A DNA stretch of 60,622 nucleotides, filler included, from Sphacelaria rigidula (lineage: Eukaryota), in the NCBI GenBank assembly GCA_964200075.2. It is 6 parts of 6 records of this genome, joined end to end, with 100 filler letters (N's around TTAATTAATTAA, not from the genome) between each part and the next. Parts side by side here need not be neighbours in the genome. Positions count along the whole stretch, not along the records: positions 20,244 to 30,263 come from CAXNAA020007309.1; positions 30,364 to 40,383 come from CAXNAA020007310.1; 4 more parts are not named here. The stretch is one strand, 5' to 3'. The notes beneath the pieces were generated by a model. The model was given only the letters and a program-made list of their open reading frames with translations, searched no databases and was not told the DNA's origin. Position 1 is the first letter of the stretch. The number at the start of each line of letters is the position of its first letter. Below, piece by piece: positions 23,363-36,555 of the stretch. A program made the position numbers and the translations under genes.

Positions 23363-25176
23363 AACCGTGATCTCATGATAGTCATACATCGCGCAAAACT
23401 GTCATACTTGGAAAAGAATAATAACATTCTCCGTTGTTGGGTGATGGCGAATGCTGGATTTCTACTCGGTAGGACCATATGGCGAAAGTACGGTGTTTCG
23501 AAATATCCACCTGTTCATCATCTACAAAACATTTTCGAGGTTCATACAACAATATGAACCAGTAATGAATCACGAGGAAATCGTCATATTTTCGTCAGCA
23601 AAAGTCGCCTGCGACAGCAAGCCATTGGCGCGAAATCACCTTCAGAAGTGTCGAACAGTTCACGTGTTCGAAATTCTCATGAACATGGCGTAAAATTCTG
23701 CAATCATGTGATGATTCAATCAATTTTTGTTATATCCCTCTTTGACGTCGCATTTGAGACATCACCTGTGTTGCAATCCTACACAAAAAATGCTTTTCTT
23801 CCTTTCTAATACCACCCGCAAAGTATGACACGGGTCACGCTGCAGTAGTTTTTTTCTTCTTCATAGGATTCGTGTGTTGTACGCCGTAACACCGAAAGGA
23901 ATTGAATCCACATTGATTATTCTACCACACGGTAGGGCCCGTTTCTCTACCCTCCCCCCCACTAAAGCGTCAGCAAATTTGGAATACTTTTTCCCTCTTT
24001 TGCGGAGCATTCTTGTTGTAAAATTAGACTACGACAGAAACGCGGTAGTACAATCTTGGTCGGCCAACAAACCCATATGATGTTAGATGATCATATTGTT
24101 GTAACGACAATGAGTCAGACCAAGCTGAGCATATCGTTGGAATAGACTGGTCAGGACGGTCACGCGAAGCCATCCTCTTTCTGGAATCTGCCTCTTTCGT
24201 GTCGTGAAACTCACGTCTATGTTTTTGTACTTTTACGTTATCGAGTTCTCGATTCGCTTTTCTGGAAATCTTATTTCAAAAACTTTCTGAGCGTGCTAAT
24301 GCCGATGCGAGAAACAAATCGTAGAGGTCTCATTCTGTTATCCATCGTCGTTCGAAAGTTATATAATAGCTAAAACACTATATTCCCTATACTCGTACTG
24401 CATGGAAGTTTGGATGCGGAGCGATTTCGGAACAACATATGCAGACGTCGTCACGCGTCGCTCACTGTTTCGAGTCAGGACCTGAAATTTGACGCGCGGT
24501 TGGCAAGGTACTCGTCGACACATTCCTTGAAATCCTGATTCATTCATTTCTTCGTCAAGATACGTCTGATCCAAGTATTGGCCGTTATCTTGGTCGGTCA
24601 TTTCTCGACATCTCCAAGAAAACTCAGGATTTGAAGACATGTGTCGGCGAGTACCTTTCTGATTACGTGTAAAAAATCAAGTTTCCAGTCTAGAGCTAAA
24701 TTATCTAATTTCTCGTACAATGCAAAAAAAATCGAAAAAAATAAACTTGTGCCGGTTATGTTTTTTTTTTATCGTTTCATGATGAACTGTAGCACTGATG
24801 GCCATATATCAACATTTCGCATCACATGACAAAAAAAATGTCGTGTTGTCTATCATGAATTTGAATGGTTGTACTATACAATACGGGGTGAATGCCTTGT
24901 TGTGTACCGATGCCGACAACATCGGTACATCGGAACGATATACGGTTCATTGAATCGTACCGGGATTAGGTATTTGGTTGCGACACATGAGTAGCCTGCC
25001 CGTCGATTGTAGACACGATATTTTTGTTTACTATCCCCCAAGCGATAGGCCCTGTATTATCAAGACAAGAAAAACAAGCACGAAGAGGAACAAAGCCATG
25101 CAGTTTGCCGGCACACATAAGGAGTGCACCCGAAGGAATGTACGTGAACAATGGTTGGCATTATGAGGATGCCGTC

Positions 25177-25207
25177 AACGCTAACGCTAACGCTAACGCT
25201 AACCCCG
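25177..25207. repeat. Variant telomere-like repeat (CGCTAA)n
   Basis: aacgctaacgctaacgctaacgctaacccc. Confidence 0.7.
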
Positions 25208-28200
25208 ACCAAGGCATACCGAGAACCCTCGGGCAAGGGGGGTACAAAGTGTTCCTTCAGCAAAGTGTGCGTTACCAGAGCTCAAATCGACGCCTCTGAG
25301 CCGATTTCGGACCAAAACACGTTCTGGACGAGCTGGGTCAACTGCTCACCACTGCTCACCTGTCCCAAATCATAAACTTTCTCAAAACTTTCTTCAGTCT
25401 GAGATAAAGTAAAATCGAGTACCAACCATTGTTTACGTACATTTCTTTAGGTTTACTGCACAAACGCCACCTTGGGTCCCAGCGAAGATTCACAGAACCG
25501 GCTTTCTGGGAGGATCAGTGATTCTTCCCGCACTGGACGCAGTCGCCGACAGGTCTGGAAATTGAACGGGAGTGACTGAAATACATGAATGAACCAGGTT
25601 ACACCGTCAAAACACAGCCCGAGCAATCACGCACATACATACGCGGCGCAAGTGCTCCACGCCTAGCGCTAGCTCTTGCTGGTCTTTGCACAGCGCTCAT
25701 TGTTTCACCCCAATCCATTTGGTATTGAAAGAGAGTCGGCCTGTTTGTGCAACATAATTTACTCATGATGGAGTTGTTGACCGCTTGTGCTCGTGTTACA
25801 CGGCGCCTGTCTGACAGAATTGCATCGAGTCTCATTCAATTTCGAACCGATTTTCCCGGAACTAAGGACGTTGTATTCACTCGATCAATAGTTATAGCTC
25901 GACCGATTCATTTCCTAAACTGAGACGGTGGGATCAGAAGGTCATGCAGGTTATGCCTTGGGTTCGGGCTGTGTGACAGGTGTGTACCACAGCAAGGGTC
26001 ATTGCGCCGCTGGTTTATGTTACCCTTCATGGCGAACAGCCCGTGGAAAGTCTTGGCGAATAGCCTAAAAAAGCAACTAATTGTTTCAACAAGGCCCCCC
26101 TGCTCTCCCCAAAAGCGCCGCCGCATGAAAAAAGGTGCCGCCGCTTTATATATATATATGTATATATTCATTTTTTGTTTTGGAGGAGTGATATCGCGGC
26201 GACGAATGAACGTGCTTCGTGTTCCTTGGTTTCTCGTCGTGCTTGCTTGTTTTTACTCGTTAAGACACGATCTTATTTATCACCAAATAGTCACCTCTTT
26301 CTACGGAAGTTCTGCAACAAAAACCTGGATGTTCAGTCCCTCAAGCATCCCCTTGGCTTTATTCTTTTGTCTGACAGATGTTTGAGCTCATCCGGTTACC
26401 ATATTTCTTGTGCTGGTATTTGGTCGTCGGACTTTACACCTCGCATTTTCCATTGAAAGCGATTTCCTTCAGGTTTTCAGTTACCACGACTCAGGCAGTA
26501 TATCTTCTATATTTTTGTCGACTCGAAAACGTGCTGTAGAATCGAAGTGGTGGTAATTAGCTCGTATATGATACGTCCACCGCATTTATGTTCTCACATG
26601 GCTTCGAGTCCATTTTATAATTATCTGTGCGAAAGTCAGGATGAAAAACAGAACAGCTCAGCTTTTTCGATCGAAAATACGCGGAGCGGAGGAAAAAACG
26701 AAGGGACATTCGACCATTACCTTGAAGACCACCACGCCACTACCTGTTCACAGAACCATGCAAAATCCACACAACTCATTCTCAGCTACCACCGCAACCC
26801 AGCAGCATAGGGCATGAGTTGAGCACAGGGATAGATACACCGTAGTCGTTGAGTATGATGGGTTTATTTTTTGGTGGCGAAACTCAAGCGTCTCCTTTCA
26901 TGGTAGGGACCGGCGACGGAGCTGCCCGGTAGGATGGACGAACGACTTGCGAACATGCTCAGGGACAGTACAGGCAGTATGAAACTACACGTTGTTCAAA
27001 CCTGTTTCTCATCCTTTGGTATGAAGAGAGTATGTACAGTCCTGCGCTGTCTGTACTGCGCGTTGCCCCCTTCTTCACATCCTAGTGATTGTACGAACCA
27101 TGCACTGTGCAGACGGTACAGACGGCACTGCACTGTTGTCGGTGTCGAATACAAGTGAACAAGTACCGGCTCACGAATTCCACCGTCCTTTTCGATCGAA
27201 AACGTGCAAATTAAGTCGGACCTGAACACAGCAAAAGGAACCAAATTCATCGGCAAACTGAGAATCTACTTGATTCAATAAGCGAGCGAAGACCGCATTA
27301 CAAGCTAGACCTCCCACACACAGATAAGGGTACTGTAGCCCAAAATGAAAAGAAAGAAGCGCGACTTTGGCCGAGCATTCAAACTCGGCACTCGCTCAAA
27401 ATTGAGGACATGCCCAAAATCAGGTGGAGGACTAAAACATGGGACATGTCCTGTTTCACTGCTGTACCGTAGCAATAACGCACTCAAGCCCTCTCTCATG
27501 AGTTCGAGGTTTCACAGCCTGTAATGTTGTGGTGTGTTCACGCATTGCGAAGACGGTTTGAATTGCATGAGCTGCGATCTTGTCTTCGTGTTCGTCTCTG
27601 CAGAAAGCAACGTTAGTCGGCACGCAGTGCTGGCTGCTGCTGCGACACTCCTGCTGGTGCTGTGTGTTGGGGCCGTGAACTGTACTGTACTACGAAGGAC
27701 TATATTGTGTTCAGTGTACTATACGGTATTATCAATACTGCTTTATGTTGGAACATGAAATGAGATTAGACCGCACGACCGTGAGGTTTTAGACTACTCT
27801 CTTGGCAATTCCCAAGTAGAATGAAGCGACCTGACTGGTAGTAATATAATCTTTTATGGCGACGAATCTCGATTTGTTTTACTCAAATTCGCGAACTCAA
27901 GGTCGGGGGGACTGTTTTATGGTACACATATGGTCATTTTCTGCATGAGCGTGGTACTGCGTACTCATGCATGAAACCGAAGAGCAGAGGAGCGGTGAAT
28001 AATCCTTCGAGTACAGTGTCGTACTGTACTCCATCAGTACAGTACATGATAATGCCGTGTGGTGGTACATGATGGCACAGTGCAGTGCTATAAGTCACCC
28101 TGCTGGTACAGCGACAACAGACTAGGAGACTACAGTACCGTTCGTTATAGTGCTACATATGGCAGCGCAGCGCAGCATAAAACATCACCATCGTCGCAGG

Positions 28201-28929
28201 GTACGGCGTCAGCACTTATTATCCGCTGGTCAAACCCCGTGCGAAGCTGCTTCAGCTGCTTCAGCAGCTGGCGCGGGCAGGCACTCCCTGCGTTTTCACG
28301 AGACTGTCTTCAGCTGCGGTTGCAAAAGTATCAAACGCCTCCTACCCGACCATTGTACCTCAATGCACGTACGTCACCTGAAAAAATTTGGAGGAAAGTC
28401 ACCATCTCGGAACGATTTCCCCCGGGTTAAAAAAAACTCAGCGGAAACCGTTCCGAGATCGTGACACCCCGATTCTATCTCCCCTGATTTGGTCTAAACC
28501 GGTGTCCATAAAATGCCGTCCTCGATTTTTTTCTCCCCGATCCTCGAAAAAATCGACATTGGTGATTGTCATTGACGATGATCTGACCAAGTGAATCTTG
28601 TCCCTCTGCAAGTTCAGTCTGCCAATCAATTCCGCCGCACGGACGCGTTCGAGTTGATTTTTTTTCATGAGACACGACCTCATCACGGTTTCTGTTTGAT
28701 CCCAAACTTTGAGAACCGAGAGAAACGAGTACCCGACACAAATGTTAAGAAAAAATCGTGGTTTTGGGGCATGTTTTGGGTGAGTTGTCGCCCCATTTAT
28801 TCTGGACGCTGGTCTACACCGGTCTACACCTTTCTGTTTGTAACAAGGTTTTTGTGGGATTAAGAGTAGAGCGCTGATTGAGAGTGGCTTTGATCACTCG
28901 CCATAACTTGGCCAATTTTTCATTCCATG

Positions 28930-29105
28930 CGTGCTTTTCTTTCCTTCCATCGCTCGCGTGAGCTCACAGCTACACATCGATATCCCAGTCAGGGATATTA
29001 AGGGCCTCGTGGAGGGGCATTTCGGAACTAAAAATATTAATTTACTATTTGACCGCTTTTCACTCTCACTTGTATCCTCTACTCTCAATTTCACGAAAAC
29101 ACTGT
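28930..29105. repeat. Dispersed repeat shared with ~52400-52600
   Basis: acagctacacatcgatatcccagtcagggatattaagggc...gcatttcggaactaaaa versus acagctacacgtcgatgtcctactcagggatatcaaaggc...gcatttcggaactgaaa. Confidence 0.65.
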
Positions 29106-29382
29106 TATATGTGGACGCACCGGCCGGGGTCACACAGTCATGCCCGTGAATGAAGGCCTTACCGACCAAAAAAGCCGTTGCCCACAAAATAAAAAATAAA
29201 TGCGAACGGATGCTGAAGACGTACTGAAGACGTCATGCACTGGTCGGGCCTGTGCCGAACCTCTGCCGAACATAGCACACGCTCCATCCCAAGGTACATA
29301 GGTTTAGTATACGACAGCTGTAAATTTTTCACCGCCACTATCTCGAGACAGGAAGCAAATCGGCCTCTGGAACTTCACAGCC

Positions 29383-29583
29383 CCCCGCACACACACTAGA
29401 CGTGGTGAGTTTGACAAGCGGAGTGCTCAATTCGCCACAGCGGACCCGAAAAGTCTCAGACCGTGGCAGGAAACGCGTTTTGTAGTACATTTTGTGTTTG
29501 GTGCAGTGGTTTGCAAAGGGCTGCGTCCTCCGCGGCACGCGTACGGAAACCTCTTGTTAAATTCACTAGTTCTGGTGTGTGGG
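29383..29583. mobile_element. Degenerate ~200-bp MITE
   Basis: cacacactagacgtggtgagtttgacaag versus the reverse complement of the right end, cacacaccagaactagtgaatttaacaag. Confidence 0.5.
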
Positions 29584-30263
29584 AAGCACACGCATCAAAC
29601 CCCAGTCCAATCCTCTGCGTCGTTGCCGAGAAAGTAGCGTTGAAAGATGAGCACAACAACATACTGCAACAAGAAAGGCACGACAACAACACGAGCAGCA
29701 GCTTCTATCCTCCTCCTGTTGTAACCCTGTGTACAGGTGTACAGCAACGTCAGTCACAGGTGTATTGTACAGTGTACTATAGCAAAAGTACATTTTGTAT
29801 GAGCGGCGTCGTCATTTCGAGTGACACGTGTACTTGTGATTGATATTGATTGGATTATTTAGGTCATTTCTTCTGCATTCAACTGACTGTGGAGTTGGTC
29901 GGTCCATTTTCCCGGTATATAGTGCCCAGAATCGGGCCCCATTCTCAGGCATAACAGTGAAAAAGTCAACGCAGGAGTTTTCTATTTTTTCTTTTTGTTT
30001 CACGTCTCCTTCTTCCTTTTGCGCTGCTTGCCTTTATTTTTGGGGCAATGGCCTAGAAAACGTATACCTTCTCGTTTTTTGCCTATTCTAGGAAAGGTAC
30101 GAAAAATGGCCAGAATAGCGAAAACAGCCAAACACGCCATTTTCACCGTTTTCGCTCCGGATTTTTCACGCTCATCACTAACGGGGCATTTGGAACACGA
30201 GCCTCGAAAAAAAACGGATAAAAAACAGGTTACTCGAGATATATGGCCACGCGAAAACGGACA

Positions 30264-30363
30264 NNNNNNNNNNNNNNNNNNNNNNNNNNNNNNNNNNNNN
30301 NNNNNNNTTAATTAATTAANNNNNNNNNNNNNNNNNNNNNNNNNNNNNNNNNNNNNNNNNNNN
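30264..30363. other. Artificial contig spacer
   Basis: N44-TTAATTAATTAA-N44. Confidence 0.98.
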
Positions 30364-30437
30364 TCCGAGAGTCGAACCCCACAAGTCAACCACCAGAATG
30401 TTACGAGGTTACCAACTGAGCCACCGGGGCGACCGGC
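30364..30437 (-). mobile_element. tRNA-derived SINE head (cut by contig end)
   Basis: Reverse complement gccggtcgccccggTGGCTCAGTTGGtaacctcg...ggGGTTCGACTCtcgga has an A box and a B box, but no canonical anticodon arm or acceptor stem. Confidence 0.72.
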
Positions 30438-31279
30438 AAGTCTGCCAGGGATAAAAAACACCTACAAAGCGGTGAACGTTCGTGATACCAAGCAGGATTA
30501 TACATCCATCAACAAGTCGCACACACGACGCCAGCGGACTAGTTGCGAACCAATGAAGGCGACCGTCATGTATTGAGCCATACGGGATATGTTCAAGCAC
30601 ACGCGGAAAAGCAATTTTCACCTACTACGTGATCAACAGCGGACCATTGCTTTGTGATTGGCGGTGCACCCATGTAAAAACTCAGAAACAAAACATGATT
30701 ATACGACATGCAAACCGTCGGCTTTGGCCACGAATTATCATCATAGACCATCGCATCCTATACTGGGATTTCAGAAACTGCTCAAGTGCTGAAGTGAATG
30801 CGCAGTGGCAAGGTGATGTGGATCGTGGGGGCTTACAGACGTTTTGCCAAAAACATAGGCAGTCGTGTCGTTTGGCACTTTGTAGACTGGGGTTTGGGTA
30901 GGCTGGTTAGCGAAATTCTAGGTATCCCTAACCCCTGACAAACTCAGTATTTTGACGTCTCAGAGTACGGGTCAGCGATAGGTCATATTCAGAACAAGTA
31001 CCAGGTGACCGTAATCAGGTATTCGAAATCACATGAACCCCAGTGTGGGCGGGAACAAATAGAGTCACCTGTAAACCGTAGGTCAAGCCCTCGGCGGGGT
31101 TTCCACTGTCCACCAATACTGCCTCTGCGCTTCGACACGACGGTAGGACTACATACAATACCATGCAAGTGCGACGTGTGTGCTGCTCGCATGTCGGAAA
31201 GTGCGGTCGGGTCTACCAACCAGCGACGACGCCAACTACCACGACTCCGTGCTTTTGGAGAGTCCGCAGATTTCAGAAC

Positions 31280-31625
31280 GTGTTCCATAGAGTCCTGGCG
31301 CCCAGGATGCTCAAGACCGCGTGACTATTGGCGCATTTACCATCACAGCCCAGCGACAAAACGAAACTTGCCCCACATCAGCTGCAGTCGTTCGGAAATC
31401 CTACAAAATATCCGCCCATCGCCCACCCATCGAGGTCGAGGCGACGTGGCGGCTTTCCTCCCAAAATCATCACACTACGGTTTCATTCAAGTCGCGGCTA
31501 ATCCGGCATTCATGTACCACGGCCAGCTCGGCACTACATACCACAACAAACACACGCAGCATGTCTATCCCACCACCGTATACGAAGCACATATTTGTTG
31601 ACGATATTGCTGTAGGTATAACGGC
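31280..31625 (+). pseudogene. Possible highly decayed Ty1/copia RT remnant
   Basis: AAFL...GFIQVAANPAFMYH followed, after a frameshift, by HIFVDDIAV resembles copia GFxQxxxDPCLF...LYVDDI. Confidence 0.33.
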
Positions 31626-31778
31626 ATCGGTACCATGAGGTGTACCATAGCATCTGGCGACCCGGTCGCACGGAATATTTCTCAGCACCAGTTGGGATTC
31701 CATGACTATACTTTTTTCTTGACCATGAAACGGTTGTTGGTGGAGAATTCGGGTCACTATAACTGACACTCTCCCTTT

Positions 31779-32224
31779 GAACAACCGATCATCGAAATTG
31801 AGGGTGGGGCTTTTCATCGAGGATAAGTACCCGGTGGGATTAAAATCTTCGTATCCACACGAAATCTTCGAAATATGATTCCATTCCTTCACCCTCTGAT
31901 AGTTATTGGCAATTGCTACACGCCCCATGAACTCGGATTTCAATAACCGAAATGTCGGGGTCCTAGAGGAAGAAAACATGTTGAGGAATTGAGGTGATTC
32001 GATCGGATCGTCGAAATCCCGCGAAATTGATTTTTCATCCAGAACCCCAACATTTCGATTATCGAAATTCAATTTTGCATGACGTGTAGTACTTGCCGAT
32101 AGCTACTAGTAGGTGCAGAAATGGAACCATATTTCGAAGATTCCTTGTGGATACGAAGATTTCAATCCTCCGGGTTTTCATCCCCAATGAAAAGCTCCAT
32201 CCTCAATTTCGATGACCGGCTGTT
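31779..32224. mobile_element. Foldback element family F
   Basis: ~200-bp inverted arms: catcgaaattgagg...aaatcttcgtatccaca...aaatgtcggggt / accccaacattt...tgtggatacgaagattt...cctcaatttcgatg. Confidence 0.85.
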
Positions 32225-32630
32225 TTTTCGTGTTCCGTTTGAAAAATACTTCGTGACCATGGTGTGAGGCTCGTCGCTGTCTATGAGCTTGGCCGGCCAA
32301 GGCCCCGTCGTCTCCGTCCACAAGCCGTGCGCGACGCAAATTTCAGATTTTCCTGGGGAAATTTTGAAAGCGGAGATATGATACATAGGCCTATCATCGG
32401 ATTAGAATCCGCCCATTGCTTTTAACCTCAACCCCGGGAGATGCAACTTTATGGGCGTTTTTTCAGATTCCTTGAAGTAATTGAAAAAAGGGAAATGAAG
32501 CATTGTCAATTCTGATCCAATGGTAGGAGCTATGTGTTGTTTTCTGCTATGAAAGGTTTACCCCGTGATTCGAGGCCACGCGCCGCGGATCGTCCTTTTT
32601 GTTCAATCGTACCATCCGAGTGTGAGGATA

Positions 32631-33146
32631 CCCAGTGATCCAATGGTCAGACTGTCACCATCAGGGTGCAGAGAATGAGGGTTCGATCGCTGCCGGATGC
32701 ATTTTTTTTCCTCAAAATATTGGATCCCACCTTCAAACTCGTAAGGACGTGAGGAGATATGGGTTGATCTCAAGGTTGAGACCACGGACTCGTCCCGAGA
32801 AGGGGGGAGGGGGAGGGGGGGGTTAGAGTGAGAAAGGGAAAAACATATGTGCCGATAGAGTGTGAAGGAATAAAAAGTCGCGTGCCGAAAATGTACTAGA
32901 TCAAGCAGAACCCGTGTCCGACTATGCGGCAGGGGAACGTGCTGTCGATTCTGTCACGTATGATAGCTATGTTGGAACGACGAAAAATCTTGATGTCTGC
33001 GCAGTGTGAGGATACCCACTGGGTCGGCGGTATGTGCATGCACGAGTCCCACACTCCCACCAGGCGTCTTGCTCTATTATCGAAACTACACGTAGCACCC
33101 CCTACGCTGCCGCGCCTCTATTCGGAACAATATTATTGCGGGACCT
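32631..33146 (+). mobile_element. SINE family S copy (~510 bp)
   Basis: Head aatggtcagactgtcaccatcagggtgc...gggttcgatc (B box); body shared with 10657-10952. Confidence 0.7.
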
Positions 33147-33257
33147 TCACGTAGCTGACCTGGCGCGACAAAATTACGTGAGTTGCAAACAGGGATGATA
33201 CACTCGACAGGATAATGCGGTTATTTCCACGTACTAGGACAGCTTTGATGAGACGAT

Positions 33258-33692
33258 GAGGTTCCCACAAAATTGTTTCCGCAAGGAGGCATGGCAGCCA
33301 AGGGAGTGGAACGTGTAATACACAAAGTTCAAGGCCTCTCGAGTGAGTGTGGGATTCGTGCATGCGGATACCGCCGACTGCGCGGGTGACATCGCGCTGC
33401 GCAGACGTCAAGAATCGACGGCACTTTCTCCCTGCCGAAGTTCAGGCGCGGGCTGTACTTGACCTAGTATATTATCGGCACAAGACTATTGATTCCTTCA
33501 CACTCTCGGCACACTTTTCGTTTCTATCACACTCTTAATCCCTCTCCCCCCTCGGGACGAGTCCATGGTCTCGAGGGATCAACCCATTCTTCTCACGCCA
33601 TCACGTTTTCGACGGTGGAAACCATGTATTTCGGAGGAGGAAAAAAAACGATCTGGCACCCTGATGGTGACAGTCTGACCATTAGACCGCCG
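33258..33692 (-). mobile_element. SINE family S copy, inverted (tail-to-tail with 32631-33146)
   Basis: gcaccctgatggtgacagtctgaccatt is the exact reverse complement of the first copy's head. Similarity continues through gcatgcacgaatcccacactc to the tails. Confidence 0.75.
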
Positions 33693-34609
33693 TTTCGCCC
33701 TGCGCTGAAGCCAGTATATTATCGGCACACGACTTCTTTCTTTGTGTGAACAGCATCAAGTACATCAAACGTTGTCGGAGCACACGCATGACAATCTCCC
33801 GATCACAGGAATATGTTTACTTTGCGATATGTCGCCGCTTTACTTGAGATGTATTCAGTGGAAGAAGTTTCAGCTTATATCCCGGCCCAGCTGGAAGGGT
33901 AATTCAGAGCATTCATTAGTTTTGCCCCACTCAATGATCGCTCTCAACGCGTCATTGAAAATATTCAGAGCTGATATTTGTATCGTTTCAAATGTTACAG
34001 AAATGCCTATTGACTTGATTGAGGTATGGACTGCCGCCAATATCCATTTTTCGTTTTCGACACTGGATTATGGTCCGCCTTGGCCACACAGTCACTTGTT
34101 TATCGTTTCAGTTTGCCCCTCTCCAAAATGACCGAGAACTAACGGCACCCCATTTGATTGAATTTGTGATGAATTGACTGTATGAATCATGGGTGATTTG
34201 GCTGCACGTCCGAGGTAGTGTCGCACAATGCCCGTAGGATTCGGTGCACTCCAAGTAGTGCTACACAAATATAGAGTACAAACCATGTACGAGCCGGGCC
34301 AACTGACAATGATTCATGGATGGGTTTCGGTCAAGCAGTGCTATATTTGAGGAGTAAGGCGCTTAAATATTGGCATGACACTTTTATCATCAACACGCGA
34401 AACACTTCTCGGGATGCCAGGAGGAAAACAAACGTAAATTTGAGTCGATTTCAAATTTCAGCAAACACTGGAAAAATATCACAACTCCGTGAAACAAAAA
34501 CGACGGCGGCATTCCAAATACGTTGTACGTACTTGCCTGCTGGAGATCCTGGTAAACGTTCGGCCAACAACTTTCAAAATTGGGCCAGCTTGGCACTTTT
34601 TGTGTAACA

Positions 34610-34694
34610 CCGGCGCGCCCCTGTAATCCAAGTGCACAAGAGATTCCAGTTATGGAGATCACGAGTTCGAATCCCGAAGCATCCTCACTTTTTT
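34610..34694 (+). mobile_element. Possible tRNA-derived SINE head
   Basis: ccggcgcgcccctgtaatccaagtg...gagttcgaatcccg...tttttt has a B-box and a T-run; no tRNA cloverleaf. Confidence 0.4.
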
Positions 34695-35320
34695 GCAGAA
34701 GCTGGTTCCGTCGTCAAGGTCATATATTGCGCAGTACATTTTTTTCACTTTGTTTTTAGCGGCAGAGCGTGCTTGACCAGGTTGACCTGCAGTTCACAGC
34801 GATATATTTTAATCGGTCTGACTCGGTGAACTCGAGAAGTTGTTGTGTGATCTGTGTGTGTACATTTTACGGCTGGCCGAGCTCGTACAAATCACGGTTC
34901 TCGTACGAATAACTGGTGAGAAAAATGTCGACAAGACTCATACCGCACGATTAGCAAGTGGGAAATGTGTTGCTTGATTCATGCCGTATGAGTCGTAGCT
35001 GGGAAACACGTCAATATGACTCATGTCTTCATCACTGGTGGAAAGCGAGAAATAATCTCCCCTTTTGTATGAATCGTACAGTTTCATTCGTGCAAATATC
35101 AAAGCACTTACTCCACGCATAATTGGCGTTCTGTATTTCTCGCACCTCGACCCCCTTCTTGCTGGGGCAGATCATCCGTTGAATCGGCATCATCTTTCCT
35201 CGAATACAAATATTACCGAAATGACCGACCCCAGCGGTCAAAGAGTCAACACGTGACAGCCAGTGTGGGTCGCACGGGTCTTACTTTCATTTTTCCGGTC
35301 AAACCGATGCCGATTTGTTT

Positions 35321-35455
35321 GAATGTGCCTAGACTATACCCTTGTGCATTTGCACTAGCAGTAGGATACTTGTGAAACTGAGTCAGATTGGATGCATTCA
35401 GATTAGAGACGGAAATTGGAGATTGCTTCGATCACGTGATTGCCAAATATTGCCA
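35321..35455 (+). repeat. ~130-bp dispersed direct repeat (second copy 37741-37895)
   Basis: gaatgtgcc...actagcagtagg...tgcattcagat...aaattggagattg...atcacgtga(t/c)tgc is present in both copies. Confidence 0.78.
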
Positions 35456-35459
35456 CCTA

Positions 35460-36555
35460 CTTCGATCGATACCATCGCCGACAACACTGTAACCGCCGCC
35501 GCCGCTACCATCTTCTGCGCCGACAAGATCGCAGCCGCTGCCGCTCTCGCATACTCCGCCGAATTCATCAATACCGTCGCCGACAACATCGTAGCCGCCG
35601 CCGCTACAACCTACTGCACCGACAACGTCACAGCCGCTCCCTCCTACTCCGTCGACAGCCCTGCGTCAGATGCCATTGTCGCCGAGTTTGATCGATACCG
35701 TCGCCGACAACACTACAGCCGCCGCCGCCGCCGCCGCTATCACCTTCTGCGCCGACAACATTGCAGTCGCTGCCGCTCTAGCATCCTCCGCCGAATTCAT
35801 CGACACCGTCCCCGATAACCCGGAGACTGATTCCGTTGCCGCCGACCTCATCAATACTACCGCCGACAACCCTGCGTCAGATGTCACTACCGCCGACTTC
35901 GATCGATACCGTCGCTGACAACACGGCAGCGGCCGCCGCCGCTAACACCGTTTGCGCCGACAAGATCGCAGCTGCTGCCGCCCCCGCATACTCCACCGAA
36001 TTCATCGACACCGTCGCCAACAACATCGCAGCCGTCGCCGCTACAACCTACTGCGCCGACAACATCGCAGCCGCTCCTTTCTACTCCGTCGACAGCCCTG
36101 CGTTAGATGCCATTGCCGCCGACTCGATCGATACTGTCACCGACAACACGGCAGCGGCCGCCGCTGCTACCACCTTCCGCGCCGGCAACATCGCAGCCGT
36201 TGCCGCTCCCGCATCCTCTGCCAAATTTATCGATGCCGTCCCTGACAACCCGGAATCCGACACCCTGCGTGCGATGCTATTGCCGCCGACTTAATCTATA
36301 CCGGTGCCGAAAACACTACAGCCGCTGCCACAAAATTCGCCGACAACGCGTCAGCCACTGCCGCTACCACCTAGTTCGCCGACAACACGTCAGCGGCTGC
36401 TATTGCTACATACTGCGCCGAAAACGCGTCAGCCGCTGCAGTCGACAACTGCTGCGCCGACAACGCATCAGCCGCTGCTGCCGCTGCCGCTACCATCTGC
36501 TGTGCCGACAACGCTCAGCCGCTGATGCCGCTGCCGCAGACTCTGTTGACAACAC
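35460..36555. repeat. Hierarchical GC-rich tandem array built on GCCGACAAC...GCCGCCGCT
   Basis: ~40-bp basic units are grouped into blocks starting (t/c)gatcgatac at 35462, 35688, 35899 and 36124 (226, 211, 225 bp; A-B-A'-B', ~437-bp higher-order period). A different ~37-bp variant (gccgacaacgcgtcagcc) follows at 36335-36555. Confidence 0.92.

Noticed and set aside
23400-23560. Helitron Rep-like IWR...PPVHHL peptide
   Set aside because: It is a single short motif with no other Rep or helicase motifs nearby.
30364-30437. tRNA gene candidates (also 10657, 32631, 34610)
   Set aside because: A/B boxes are present but there is no complete cloverleaf, so they are better explained as SINE heads.
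34320-34400. gag-like AVLYLRSKALKYW peptide
   Set aside because: It is an isolated motif with no LTR or pol context.
35460-36555. CRISPR-like appearance of recurring GCCGACAAC motifs
   Set aside because: The intervening sequences are themselves related and repeat with higher-order periodicity. There are no unique spacers and no cas genes, and the context is eukaryotic.
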